Assembly (NCBI GenBank): GCA_963674705.1
Contig: OY771506.1
Span: forward strand, 416,001 to 480,000
Length of the DNA: 64,000 nucleotides
Reading direction: 5' to 3'
DNA from: Phycisphaeraceae bacterium
GTDB taxonomy: Bacteria > Planctomycetota > Phycisphaerae > Phycisphaerales > Phycisphaeraceae
This document shows positions 19,517-30,351 of this stretch, piece by piece (the stretch's first letter is position 1; each line of letters opens with the position of its first letter). The notes below the pieces were generated by a model, which did no database searches, had not been told where the DNA came from, and saw only the letters and a program-made list of their open reading frames with translations. A program made the position numbers and the translations under genes.

Positions 19517-22500
19517 TCACCTGCGTGTCATAATCCACATCGCGGGTTGACGAGCATTTTTCAGCATAAACGGATAGCCAAGAAAGACGCTGTTGCTATC
19601 CAGCACCGCCCCGTACTTCCATTCGATATCGTGATCAAACCGCATATATGTTCGACCCTCGGTATCGAGAATATAACTATCCCGAGCAATCAGGTGATCA
19701 CGCACAATAATTGGCGTGGAATTGGATTTTAAAAGGTAATACCACGGCTCAATGTCGTATGGGAAGTCGTCGTATACGACAAAAGCATCGACTTGCGGAT
19801 CATATCTTAGAAATCCGTGTTCGAAGCTGCGGATTCCCACGATGTCTCCACGGAACCGCCACGTGTTGAAAACACTCTTCGAGTCTTGCACCCGTTTAAC
19901 GATTTGTGTCTTGAAGTCATATTGCCAGATGCCCTGCGATCCAACAGCAAAATTGCCCAGGACGGTAAACAGGCAACGGTTGAATTCCTCGACCGGCAAC
20001 AGATTCTCCACGTGATAAGGCGGCACACGATCCAGAGGTGTTTTTGCCTCCGCAGCAAGTGCATTCGTCAATGGAACAAGCGTCCCCGCTTCAGGATTGA
20101 AAAGTGACAACCCGTTGTCACTGCCCAGAAGCACCCGGTCACCCATCACAGCCAATGACCTGACGAACGCACCGGGGAGCCCCTGTTCCGGACCGAATTT
20201 AGAGGATGTGCCGTCACGTTCAGAAAACACAAGCAGCCCATCCACACCCCCAACGATAAGATGCTCGCCACACACAGCCATCTGAAAGCTCGGCTCATAA
20301 AAGACGCCTAGGGGCACAAGCTTGCCGCGACCGATCTCTGTCAGCTTCCCGCCCGATAAAGCACATCGTGTAAACACCCAGACATGTCTCTCCCGGGTTG
20401 CCCATGCGATATACAAAGCACGGTCTTTGTCACCATCTCCACCTGCCAGGTAATACGTATCCGGCCTGAGCATCTCATCGGTCATGCCCTCGACTTCTAT
20501 CGGTTTGGCGTCGTACAGGCCCCACGGGTTCGTGTCGTTGCGATGCGCGGCAATGTCATCGAACTTGCTTTGAAGTTTCGCAAGCGCTTCAAGCAGGTAC
20601 TTCTTATCGCTTAACCGATCTTCTTGACATTCGATTTGATCCAGCAATCGAACCGTGCGATTGAATCGACGTGCATGCATCTGCTCGTCGTCGCCGGTCT
20701 CGATCATCTGGGTAAGATCGCGGGAATACCAATTAAGCAGTGGATCGATAGACCGAGTCTTCTCAACTCGGTCCAAAAACCCATCAAACCAGCCCCCTAA
20801 CGCTCTGCGATTGTAGAGCAATAGAGTAGCTTCATCCGCGAGTTGGGGATAATACCCGTTGATACTAAGACCCACCTCGTCGTAGCCGGGATTGTGAAAT
20901 CCCTTGGTCTCGAATAGCAACCGCAACAACATATCCGCCGCGGCCGCCTGTTCATCCTCCGGGCCACATGACATCTTGTACCAATACGCCAGTATCCGAA
21001 GTCCCGAATCGTCCTGGGTCAGCATCCATTCAAACAACGGCTGGATTTCCTTGGAGCCGTACTTGATGCCAACCGCCTCCGGGTGATGTACGTAGTTCCA
21101 CCATTGCATCATGTGCTCGTGGAAAGGCATGACTGCGGGATCACCACCAAACCAGTCATCAGGCACGGATTCCTGCCTGATGCGTTGAATCAATGCTTTT
21201 GCCTGCTCGATATATGCTTCAGGCGTGCGGGCCGACCACGGCAGGGTTTCAAGACGAAAACGCAACAACGGTACGATACTCTCACCACGCTCTCGGCGGT
21301 CTATCGCTGCAAGCTCAAACCACTGATCGGTGACTCGGTCGATCCGATCGATCTCACGCCAATCCGCTTCCGTCCGAGCCATGGTGTATGCAACGTCATA
21401 ATGGATCGGGTTCAGCCTGCTTGTGTTGCGGAATTCACGGCGCTTGCTTGGATCGCGCGTGATTGCAAACTTGATCTCGTGGTGCCTGCGTATCGCATGA
21501 ATCGCGCGTTCGGCCTCCAAGGGCGGCTCGACATATATACCACTTACGCCAAGCTGGTAGTAGATCCACCACGCTTGATCTAACTTATCTAGTGAACCGT
21601 CAATCAATAACGCCGCTTCGGTGCGCCCTTCCGCGTCCTTGTAATCCTGATGCATGACACGCCAGTAGGTACGCGCAAGGATCGCCGCCGCTTCGTCGGG
21701 CCCGGCTTGCACCGCCTCGGTGGATTCAACCATCTTCATGTGCTTGCGGATATGTTCACTTGAAATCGCACGCAACGCCTTGATGTCGATGTCTGTGGCA
21801 CCGGAATCGAGTGTGATTGATTCTTCTTTGCCAGGCTCCGACACAATAATGGATAATGCCACACGCTTGCCATCGTCCACCGGCCGTAATTCCCCCTCGA
21901 TCACCACCGCCGCCCCGACGGCTGCGCCCCCACCACCTGCCAGTTGATTCTCCCGTTGAATCTGCGCTAACTGCTCACGCTCGACAATACGTACACGAGG
22001 GATCGCCTGCAGATCGGCGCGGATCAATGGACCAAGCTGACTCGCCACCGGCTTAAGCTGATCGATGTCTGCCGCTGCGGAGACACCCATGACTGAGACA
22101 TACACCATGTCCTCGGCGGAGACACGTACCTTCTCTAGTGCCCGGGCAAGGGTAGATCGAAGCGTGGGCATGAAAGCATCGGGCTTCCTCTTTTGCACAA
22201 GTGATTCCGCGATGACCACACCATGCACCGTGTCCATCACGCGTGCCTGAAGGAATTGCTCGTTAGGCTCAAGTATCAAAAGCGCATCGGCGCGTAAGGC
22301 CTTGCCCAATGCCAATGCCGAGTTAGGATCAGACATGGCGCTTAAAGATAATGCCTGCTCATCCAACACACGGTCAAACTCGGTTCTTTCAACCGCCTCA
22401 GCATGCAACTCCGGAAGTAACAGCACCGCCTCTGCCTCAGCAGCTAATGACGCTTCGTCATTGCCTTGCAATAAAATCACGCCCACTCGCAACGTGTCCG

Positions 22501-22630
22501 TTTCACGCTGCTGGGCATGAACCGATTGTGTGACAGCCAACAACACGCTCAGCACCAGCAGGCCTGTTATGCAACCAAACTTCTGCTCGATTCCCGTTAT
22601 CCATATCTTGTACATACGCTTGCCCTTCAC
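19517..22630 (-). CDS. Large exported protein with CsgG/HfaB-like domains and a beta-propeller-like C-terminus
   Basis: Signal peptide; VERTEFDRVLDEQALS..ALALGKALRADALL and IVEREQLAQIQRE; GLPGAFVRSLA propeller blade. Confidence 0.65.
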   Translation of the reverse strand: MKGKRMYKIWITGIEQKFGCITGLLVLSVLLAVTQSVHAQQRETDTLRVGVILLQGNDEASLAAEAEAVLLLPELHAEAVERTEFDRVLDEQALSLSAMSDPNSALALGKALRADALLILEPNEQFLQARVMDTVHGVVIAESLVQKRKPDAFMPTLRSTLARALEKVRVSAEDMVYVSVMGVSAAADIDQLKPVASQLGPLIRADLQAIPRVRIVEREQLAQIQRENQLAGGGGAAVGAAVVIEGELRPVDDGKRVALSIIVSEPGKEESITLDSGATDIDIKALRAISSEHIRKHMKMVESTEAVQAGPDEAAAILARTYWRVMHQDYKDAEGRTEAALLIDGSLDKLDQAWWIYYQLGVSGIYVEPPLEAERAIHAIRRHHEIKFAITRDPSKRREFRNTSRLNPIHYDVAYTMARTEADWREIDRIDRVTDQWFELAAIDRRERGESIVPLLRFRLETLPWSARTPEAYIEQAKALIQRIRQESVPDDWFGGDPAVMPFHEHMMQWWNYVHHPEAVGIKYGSKEIQPLFEWMLTQDDSGLRILAYWYKMSCGPEDEQAAAADMLLRLLFETKGFHNPGYDEVGLSINGYYPQLADEATLLLYNRRALGGWFDGFLDRVEKTRSIDPLLNWYSRDLTQMIETGDDEQMHARRFNRTVRLLDQIECQEDRLSDKKYLLEALAKLQSKFDDIAAHRNDTNPWGLYDAKPIEVEGMTDEMLRPDTYYLAGGDGDKDRALYIAWATRERHVWVFTRCALSGGKLTEIGRGKLVPLGVFYEPSFQMAVCGEHLIVGGVDGLLVFSERDGTSSKFGPEQGLPGAFVRSLAVMGDRVLLGSDNGLSLFNPEAGTLVPLTNALAAEAKTPLDRVPPYHVENLLPVEEFNRCLFTVLGNFAVGSQGIWQYDFKTQIVKRVQDSKSVFNTWRFRGDIVGIRSFEHGFLRYDPQVDAFVVYDDFPYDIEPWYYLLKSNSTPIIVRDHLIARDSYILDTEGRTYMRFDHDIEWKYGAVLDSNSVFLGYPFMLKNARQPAMWIMTRR

Positions 22631-25600
22631 TGACTGCCTACGTACATATACGCCTCAAGCAACCGGCGCACCTGTTCATCCTTTGCAACGTCGATCGCCC
22701 GCTTGCCGTCCTCGTCGGCTAGTTTCGGATCGGCGCCCAGGCGGAGCAATAGCTTCACCTCGTCGGCACTTCCACGCTCGGCCGCACTCATCAGGGCGGT
22801 GCGACCTCTCCATCCATAAGGCACATCAATTGAGTAACCCTTGCTGACAAGATCGATCGCACGATCAAAGTGTGCCATATACACAAACGCGCTGGCGATC
22901 AGATCGCCTTGGCGATGATCGTCGACGGGCTGGTCAAGATTGATCCCCTTTTCATTGAGCATCCAGTCATACATTTCAAACTGCCGCTTGTAGACAGCCC
23001 ACGCTGCGGGTGTGGTTCCAGCATCCAAACGATACAGTTCGAGTTTCATCCGCATCGTGCCGTCATCAAAAAACGGCGTATCGATGTGGATCCCGGTATC
23101 CAATAATTGCTCTACCAGTTCCTTGGATCCAAGAGAGATAGCAGCAAGAACCAGTTCGGGCGCATAAGACTTGTCCCGCGGCCCGGCCTCGATCAGGCGC
23201 TCGGCTAATTTCGTGTCGCCGATGTATAACGCATAACTCACAGGCGTTAATCCGTTGAAGTCCTTATCAGCCGTGTTTGCGCCGGCTTCTAAAAGGCGCG
23301 ACACCGTTTGCTCGTGACCTAGCAGGATCGCGTACGCCAGGGGCGGCACCTCGCCCTTCGCGCTGACGGATGGATTGGCCCCGGCTTCCAAAAGCATCTT
23401 GATCGCCCGTTCATCGTTCTGCCTGATCGCAATCATCAATGGGCGGAAGCGTATGAATTCAAAGTGAGACCCGGGCCCGTCGAACGGCTCGCTGATACCT
23501 TCACGTAACGCATCGATCGGTGCATCATGTTCAAGCAACCAGCGCATCGCTTCATAAGATCGTGGCAGCGTCGCCGCGTGCAACGCCTGACCAAAGGATG
23601 GGCTTTTGTATTCCAGCTTTGCATCATAAGCGTATAGCAGGTCCAGCAGGTCCGTCCGATCTTTCATCGCTGCCAGGATGACCGCGTTGTAATAGGGTTC
23701 TTGCTGCGAAACGCTGTTGGGATCAACGCCCGATTCCAGCAGGAACCGTACCGTCTGAACGCTGCCGCCCCGGATCGCTGCAAACAACAACATGCTTCCA
23801 GACGCGGGCGATCCTTCATCGAATAGCCGGCCTTCCGCTTTTCGTTGCTGCAATGCATCGATGTCGCCGCGGTATGCATCCATGACAGCCGCCACATCGT
23901 CTGGTTGCTCGACCGCAGCCGCGTCAAGTTTCAGTCGGTCAATGATAGTGTTGTCAATACCCAACGCCGACGAATACCTGGATAGATCATACTCCGTCAC
24001 AGAGCTGTTGTTACCGAGCTTGGTGACGGCATACAGTTTGTCGTAACGGCTGGTCAACGTTGTGATCTGGCCATCCACCTGCCACTGCCCGGCAACGCGG
24101 CCGCTGTCTGGAAGCCAGACGACAACCTGCGATACATGGTTCAGCTTCTTGTCGGGCGGATGCATGCCAAATACCGGCTTTGGCTTCAACGGCTCCGGCA
24201 CTTCCCAGCTATAACCAAACCACACAACAGGCCCATCATCCCGGATGATGACTTGCTGCAAGGGCGGGATCGGCGTCGGCCAAACGTGCATGGCTTGCAG
24301 GTCCGCATCGATCCTCACCAGCTTGTCGATATACATCACCCAGAAGTGCTGCCCCGATGCCCGGACCCAGACCGGATCACCCGATGCATTAATCGATTCG
24401 GCATGTTCTGCCAGCCAGCCAGCCACCGCCACAACTCGCCCGGAATCCAGATCAAACCAATACCCACCGCCCTCTTCATACAGCACACAATGCCCCGCGA
24501 CGCCGACAAGCTTGCGTAATTCCTTCGCCTTATCGGGAAACGGTACGTGCAGCGCCTGGATCGTCGGCGTATCCGCCTCCAGTTCCGAGATCAGTGTGAG
24601 TTGCTGATGGGTGTCTTCGACAAGTAAACGATCACCTATCAGGTGTAGCGATGAGAGGTGGCGTGATGATATACCGTCATCGCCTGTAAACACGCGATAG
24701 GAGCCGGTCTTCAGATCGTACCGAACCAATCCCTCCTGCCCGGTCGCCAGCCAGAGATAGCCCGCATGACTGACCGCATCAACCTGGTAGAACGTATCGG
24801 GCAATTTTCTGTCGACCAGTTGTGTCGTAAATCCAACCGGCCAAAGCGACAGGATATGGCGCTTACGAAGCGGTACAATATTGCTGTAGTACCCCTGATT
24901 ATGATCGGCGATACCCAGCAGGCGATCGCCGGCCCAGGTAATATTGGTGAATTCGAGATCGGGATTGTTTCTCCCGCCCAGTTGTGCCGTATCATCCTTA
25001 TCAAAACAGAATGTCAACGGCAGCCCGACCGCATCAATCGTCGGCGCATCCGGATGTTTCGGAATAAAAGGTGCTGCCTCGTCGGGGTCCTGATACCTGG
25101 CATCCGACAAGCGAGCGCTCTGGTCAAGCCGCTGCCTCATCTGCTCCGGCAGCGTCTTATCCTCGATTAACCTTTTTATCCGGTCAGACCGGGATTCCGT
25201 CTGAGGTACTTCACGCCGGCCATTCTTAAGACGGTCCTGCTCAGCACGCGGACGCAACTTGTGTTGTGTTTGTAGCGTCACAACTTCCCGCAGCAATGCA
25301 TCGTAATCAACCGGCTGTTCATCACGACCCATCGAAGATACGTACTCACTGCCCGCCGACAATGCATGATCCGCTACAGCATTATGGTTGGTGTATGGGG
25401 CATACTTTTGCTCGAAACGATCTGATAGCCCTGCCCGGGTAAAAAAGTCTGAGACGGCGTTCACCACCTTGCTGTCGCTTTTGCTGTAAAGCTCTCGTGG
25501 CATGGAATAGTCCCGAACCCAGCGTTCTTCGATAATGGGCCACCACAATTCCCATGCTTCAACCCGGCTTGCCGGGCTCGCCTGATCCAGATTGACGATC

Positions 25601-27405
25601 ATCTCGGTAATCTCTCGATCGATAAAGCCGTGGAGTCTGAGTCTGTTCGCTTCTTGGGATTGTTGAGATTCCGGCACCTCCGCGGCCAAGGCCTGAACCT
25701 CTTTACCCAGCGAGATCAATTCTGAAACGATCTGTTCATGAACCGATCGCCTCGCATCTTCAGGCATGTCCGTCGGCAGACCCAGGCGCGGTATCCTCAG
25801 TTCCTGCGTAAAACCGTTGGCCCGGACCCAATTGTTGCTGACACCGCGGCTATCGCCCTCACACGATTTGTACATTAATTGCAAAACGTTGATTTTGCGA
25901 TCGATACTCCAGAAACTCACATTAATATGTCTGCCTTGTCTTCGCTCCCCGGTGAAGTGGTTGTATGCATACACACCGTGTCTGCGTATCACACGGTTGA
26001 CCAGGCCCAGCGATCGACGCAGATACAGCCACGGCTGATCCACCCCGGTGGCCGGGTAAAACTGTGTAAGTTCCTCACCGATGCCGCCATGTTCCGGGTC
26101 CAGAAACCACGCAAGATACAACCGGTCTCGATAGAGCATAAACCGCCTGACCGCCCAGCTATCCGGATCATCCGCCGTGCTGACACGCAACTTCTCCCCA
26201 GATTCGCGCAGCAGGCTGATCATTTCATCACGGCTCTTAAGCGACACCTTGTCGGGCAACTCGCCTTGCACGACCTGCCACGCCCGTGTGCTTGCACGCT
26301 CAACCGCCTGATCGATATCCCGGGCAGCAGATGTCTCCGTCACTTCGACCGGGTCGCCCAGGCCGTGCCAGAGCATCAACGTCAGCTTCACCTTGATGTC
26401 TTGCGGATCGATCTGGATAGCTGTGTTCTGCGGGTTCTCAGGATTGATCGGGTCCTGTTCTTCGATCAGGCCCCACATGTAATAGTCCGCGGCCCTCTGC
26501 CACGCATCGACATCACCTGCCGAAAGACCGATCAGCATCAATTCCTGTTCATCCATTGCAAGCGTCGGGTCGTGCAGCCGAACCAGGCGCACCTCCGGAT
26601 CGTTCGCCGCCAACTCCGACAGACGCTGCGGCAAGGTAAACTCAAGATGATCCAGGCGATCGTTAACACTGACATTCCTGAAAAACAGCAGCGACACGAT
26701 GCGGGCGTCGCGCGCTTCGACAAGCCTTTGATGCGCCTCGCCTAGCATGGACCTCACGTCTTCGGCCAACGCTTGCACGCGCGCACTGCTGACCCGGTTC
26801 AGACTGTTTAACGATTGCTCAAACGGGACCCGTTTCTTCACGATACGCTCAGCTGTCGTCGTATCGACCACCGACAGCTCCAGCGACTGCGTTGGCTCGC
26901 CGACATCAACAAACCGGCCCGACACGATCAGGTGCGCTTTGAGCCATCGCCCCAGCTCCAAACGGTCCGCCGGGTTGGATGTGGCGAATAATCCCAGCTC
27001 ATGCTCTTCACGGACCCGCGCGATCTCGCTGCGATCCACAAAAAGATAGGCCTTGTCATCCGCCAGGAACTGACGGACCAATTCAGAAATACCGATGGCG
27101 GTCTGCTCGCCAAGATACGTGTCACGATCGACACCAAAATCGAGCACCGCGACCGTCGGCCTGTCCGGATACGCAGGCCTCTTCTGACGCTCGATCGGCG
27201 GTTGCTCGGCATGCCTGCTCATCACCAGTGGCGCAGCGGGATCGCGTTTTGCGAACGGCGAGGTCGTTGTGGTTCTGGGTGCAGATCGCTTGGGAAAGCC
27301 GTACTTCTTGATTGAGTCGGCGTTGTAGTAGAGGCTCAGAACCGCGATGGTAAAAAAAGCCACTGCAATGCACAGCTTGATCCATTGCCAGCGACTACTG
27401 AGCAT
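22627..27405 (-). CDS. 1592-aa membrane-anchored protein: CsgG-like domains, propeller, ankyrin repeats
   Basis: N-terminal TM; VAVLDF..FVDRSEIARVREEHELG..LGRWLKAHLIVSG; C-terminal ankyrin repeats (GRTALMSAAERGSADEVKLLLRLGADP). Confidence 0.7.
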   Translation of the reverse strand: MLSSRWQWIKLCIAVAFFTIAVLSLYYNADSIKKYGFPKRSAPRTTTTSPFAKRDPAAPLVMSRHAEQPPIERQKRPAYPDRPTVAVLDFGVDRDTYLGEQTAIGISELVRQFLADDKAYLFVDRSEIARVREEHELGLFATSNPADRLELGRWLKAHLIVSGRFVDVGEPTQSLELSVVDTTTAERIVKKRVPFEQSLNSLNRVSSARVQALAEDVRSMLGEAHQRLVEARDARIVSLLFFRNVSVNDRLDHLEFTLPQRLSELAANDPEVRLVRLHDPTLAMDEQELMLIGLSAGDVDAWQRAADYYMWGLIEEQDPINPENPQNTAIQIDPQDIKVKLTLMLWHGLGDPVEVTETSAARDIDQAVERASTRAWQVVQGELPDKVSLKSRDEMISLLRESGEKLRVSTADDPDSWAVRRFMLYRDRLYLAWFLDPEHGGIGEELTQFYPATGVDQPWLYLRRSLGLVNRVIRRHGVYAYNHFTGERRQGRHINVSFWSIDRKINVLQLMYKSCEGDSRGVSNNWVRANGFTQELRIPRLGLPTDMPEDARRSVHEQIVSELISLGKEVQALAAEVPESQQSQEANRLRLHGFIDREITEMIVNLDQASPASRVEAWELWWPIIEERWVRDYSMPRELYSKSDSKVVNAVSDFFTRAGLSDRFEQKYAPYTNHNAVADHALSAGSEYVSSMGRDEQPVDYDALLREVVTLQTQHKLRPRAEQDRLKNGRREVPQTESRSDRIKRLIEDKTLPEQMRQRLDQSARLSDARYQDPDEAAPFIPKHPDAPTIDAVGLPLTFCFDKDDTAQLGGRNNPDLEFTNITWAGDRLLGIADHNQGYYSNIVPLRKRHILSLWPVGFTTQLVDRKLPDTFYQVDAVSHAGYLWLATGQEGLVRYDLKTGSYRVFTGDDGISSRHLSSLHLIGDRLLVEDTHQQLTLISELEADTPTIQALHVPFPDKAKELRKLVGVAGHCVLYEEGGGYWFDLDSGRVVAVAGWLAEHAESINASGDPVWVRASGQHFWVMYIDKLVRIDADLQAMHVWPTPIPPLQQVIIRDDGPVVWFGYSWEVPEPLKPKPVFGMHPPDKKLNHVSQVVVWLPDSGRVAGQWQVDGQITTLTSRYDKLYAVTKLGNNSSVTEYDLSRYSSALGIDNTIIDRLKLDAAAVEQPDDVAAVMDAYRGDIDALQQRKAEGRLFDEGSPASGSMLLFAAIRGGSVQTVRFLLESGVDPNSVSQQEPYYNAVILAAMKDRTDLLDLLYAYDAKLEYKSPSFGQALHAATLPRSYEAMRWLLEHDAPIDALREGISEPFDGPGSHFEFIRFRPLMIAIRQNDERAIKMLLEAGANPSVSAKGEVPPLAYAILLGHEQTVSRLLEAGANTADKDFNGLTPVSYALYIGDTKLAERLIEAGPRDKSYAPELVLAAISLGSKELVEQLLDTGIHIDTPFFDDGTMRMKLELYRLDAGTTPAAWAVYKRQFEMYDWMLNEKGINLDQPVDDHRQGDLIASAFVYMAHFDRAIDLVSKGYSIDVPYGWRGRTALMSAAERGSADEVKLLLRLGADPKLADEDGKRAIDVAKDEQVRRLLEAYMYVGSQ

Positions 27406-28465
27406 CGTCGCCTGCCTCGGTAGAATCGACCAGGTACCTCAGCAAACGCTCGCCGATGATGCGCCCGCCCTTTTGCAGCGCTGTCTTGCCTGCGATCTCG
27501 TCGGCCAGGTCCACCGCGCGGGTTGTCGCGCGATCCGCGTGAACGATCCGCCCGTCTTTGCGTGCGATCGCGTTGATCTCGACTCGTGCAGACGCCAGAC
27601 GCAAGTCCCCCATCGAGCCGGCCGATTCGCTGAACGCTTCGCCGACGATAATCACGTTCACCCCTTCCAACGTGCGGGGCCACGCCGGATTGCCACCCGC
27701 TGCATATTGCTCAACCCAGTCCGCCAGCGCGTTGTCCTTGACATCGCGCACATCCGCACCGGCATTGATCAGCAGCATCTTCAATTCGGTCTCTACCGCC
27801 GGGTCCGGCGGAACCACGGGCGCCGGACCGCTGCGGTGCTCCTCCGGGATCACCACCGCAAAGACGGGTAACTCCCGGCCCTTCAGTTGTTCAATCAACG
27901 CCGGGATCGGATCGACCGGGTCCGGTGACGCGATCAAGGCCGGCCCCTTCGCGATGATCTTTTCCGTCAACTTCTCAACCAACTCAAACACCATCGCATC
28001 CAAGGGGGCATCAAGCTCGCCCTTCACCAGCACGCCTTCAACCAGCGTCGTTTCCGTGCCGATGACCTTCGCGGTCAGCATCCGGCTTTCACCCAGTTCA
28101 AACACCTTGCCGGTCACCAGCAATTTCGCGCCGACCACCCGGCCGACCTTCAACGCGTTCTGTGTATCCGTCACGCCGGACAGGTTGATCCCCTGCTCGC
28201 TGAGCGTGTGCATCAATGAGCTGCGGTCCACGATCCGAAAATGCCCCGTACCCGAGAGCATGACTTCGATCGTGTCGTTGACCATTTCGCCTATCTGCCC
28301 CGCCTCGTTGCCGGGCGCATCAAAACCGAGCACCGCCACGGGGATATCCGTCGGTGCCGCGGTCGGCTCGGCCGCCTCCTCCTGGGCCCGCGCGACCGAA
28401 CTAACCAGAATCACGCAAAGCAGCAGGCTCAGAAGTACTCGGCTGATATTAAGATGCGATTCCAT
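27395..28465 (-). CDS. CsgG/HfaB-like family protein
   Basis: Signal peptide; VAVLGFD..FRIVDRSSLMHTLSEQGINLSG..ALKVGRVVGAKLLVTG; GGAGAGG RBS before MESH. Confidence 0.75.
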   Translation of the reverse strand: MESHLNISRVLLSLLLCVILVSSVARAQEEAAEPTAAPTDIPVAVLGFDAPGNEAGQIGEMVNDTIEVMLSGTGHFRIVDRSSLMHTLSEQGINLSGVTDTQNALKVGRVVGAKLLVTGKVFELGESRMLTAKVIGTETTLVEGVLVKGELDAPLDAMVFELVEKLTEKIIAKGPALIASPDPVDPIPALIEQLKGRELPVFAVVIPEEHRSGPAPVVPPDPAVETELKMLLINAGADVRDVKDNALADWVEQYAAGGNPAWPRTLEGVNVIIVGEAFSESAGSMGDLRLASARVEINAIARKDGRIVHADRATTRAVDLADEIAGKTALQKGGRIIGERLLRYLVDSTEAGDDAQ

Positions 28466-28850
28466 GAATGCCTCTCCGGATCGGGTGTATGACAGGTACA
28501 TCACAACAGGACCCTATCTCGGTGATTCGTACTTGAGCCATTCTAAACGCTCCATCAGCCGGACCCAATCCCGAGTTCCGGCCGTCAAGCACGGCACCGG
28601 CGACTCCGGGACTATCAGACCGTCGCACCGAATGTGGGATCTTCTACACACTGCGTCCCCCGGAAAACGCAGGATGCAAAAAAACGGGCGACGGCCGGAC
28701 CTCGGTATCAGGTCTCACCCTGTATGACGTCAAACCCCACGTGGATTTTACGACCCGGGGCAAATTCGCTTTATAATCCCGAAAAAGGGGTTAATTCGCC
28801 CCTGAACCCTGCCGGGGGTAAAAAATCCCGAAGCGCCGACGTCTTACAGG

Positions 28851-29411
28851 TTGAGGCCGTTGCCGATATTTGACGGGAGCCGAGACATTAACGATCCGTG
28901 GAAACAATCGATTGTCGAACGTGCGCGTTGTGATGGCCTCACGCATTTTCGCATCGCCCAGCGGATCGTCGGTGACCCGGCCGAAGCCGAGGACATCTGC
29001 CAGTACGCCTACCTCAAGGCGCTGACCGCACAGGACACGATCCGCGATCCCGAAAAACTCACCGGCTGGCTGACACGCGTCATCGTCAATCAAAGCCTGG
29101 ACATCCTCAGGAAGCGCAAAAGACAACGTGATGCCAAAGAAGAACACAACGCCATCGCATGGCAGAAAGCAAACGCCAACAACCCTCATGATCTGGTAGA
29201 CAATCGTGAATACATCGCCTCGATGCTGGAAAGACTGGATGAGCCGATCAGGACCGTCGTGGTCATGCGGACCATGCAGGGACTGTCAGGCAACGAGGTG
29301 AAACAGGCCTTGGGCTGTAGCGCGGGATTGGTATCCACCCGGCTGCACCAGGGCCTCGAACTGCTCAGGCAGTGGATGACCGAGGACGACGGGAAGGAAG
29401 CAAGACGATGA
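28851..29411 (+). CDS. ECF sigma-70 factor
   Basis: AEAEDICQYAYLKA, WLTRVIVNQSLDILR (region 2); GLSGNEVKQALGCSAGLVSTRLHQG (region 4). Confidence 0.88.
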   Translation: MRPLPIFDGSRDINDPWKQSIVERARCDGLTHFRIAQRIVGDPAEAEDICQYAYLKALTAQDTIRDPEKLTGWLTRVIVNQSLDILRKRKRQRDAKEEHNAIAWQKANANNPHDLVDNREYIASMLERLDEPIRTVVVMRTMQGLSGNEVKQALGCSAGLVSTRLHQGLELLRQWMTEDDGKEARR

Positions 29412-30283
29412 ATGAATCCATTTCCCATGATGATGCGATTCGGCTGATCCTCAACCTTGATATGGATCAGGCTGAACTTAAACAGCTTGAACAAGCGCTG
29501 TCGCGGTTGCACACCGACGATACGCTCGCCCAACGTCTGGAAGAACTGCAACGGCTCAAACAAGCGCTTGCCGCGCCCGATCAGATGCTGGATGAACCGG
29601 CAGGCGGCGCCGAGTTGTTCCAGCAACGACTGATCAACAAGATTGAAAAGACACCTGTAACACCAAAGCAACACCGGCCGGCTTTTGTTGGCCGATTCAT
29701 CACCGGGTTCGCAGGCGGACTGGCCGCGGCGGCAGTCTTGCTCGTCGGGATGCTCAGCACCGGCTGGTGGACCGACGCCGACAACATCAACCCACAAAAC
29801 ACTGTCAACGCAATCGATTCCTCCGTCTGGCTGCCCAAAGACCCCGAACAGCAACGCGCCCTGCTGGCGCAACTCGCCGGGTTCTACGACGGCCGCGCAG
29901 GCTGGTACGCCGTCACGGGTCAGGATGCACGCATGGGACTCGCCGACCACCCGATCGATACGTCCGAACCCCTCGTCACCCGCTTATCACTCGAAGCCCC
30001 CGATGGAAGCATCATCCGCACCGACCTCGTCCTGTTCCCCGGCCAGGACATCACCCTCGAAGTCCCACGCCCCGACGGTCCACCCGTCCGCTATTCCATC
30101 AAGGTCAACCCACCACACAACGGCTACAACACCATGCGGCTGAAACTCACCGTCAGCATGGACGACGGCCCATCCATGACCACGGAAATCCCGCTCACAG
30201 GCAACACCGTCAAAGAAGTCGGCAGACTACTCACCGACCAAGGCCAATACCAACTACGCCTCGGTCTCGCAGACGCGTCCTGA
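29408..30283 (+). CDS. Putative membrane anti-sigma factor
   Basis: ATGA overlap with the sigma gene; helical N-domain, one TM, periplasmic domain. Confidence 0.7.
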   Translation: MNESISHDDAIRLILNLDMDQAELKQLEQALSRLHTDDTLAQRLEELQRLKQALAAPDQMLDEPAGGAELFQQRLINKIEKTPVTPKQHRPAFVGRFITGFAGGLAAAAVLLVGMLSTGWWTDADNINPQNTVNAIDSSVWLPKDPEQQRALLAQLAGFYDGRAGWYAVTGQDARMGLADHPIDTSEPLVTRLSLEAPDGSIIRTDLVLFPGQDITLEVPRPDGPPVRYSIKVNPPHNGYNTMRLKLTVSMDDGPSMTTEIPLTGNTVKEVGRLLTDQGQYQLRLGLADAS

Positions 30284-30351
30284 TCACACACGACATCCAC
30301 GCCACCGTGCGACCAGAATTAATCTTTTTACTTCGCCACGATTCACCGTCA

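Noticed and set aside
27395..28465. Curli secretion system
   Set aside because: No csgA/B/E/F-like genes nearby; only the shared domain is supported.
27558..28727. 389-aa plus-strand ORF and similar long antisense ORFs (42369-43451, 55736-56794)
   Set aside because: Shadows of well-supported genes, typical of high-GC DNA.
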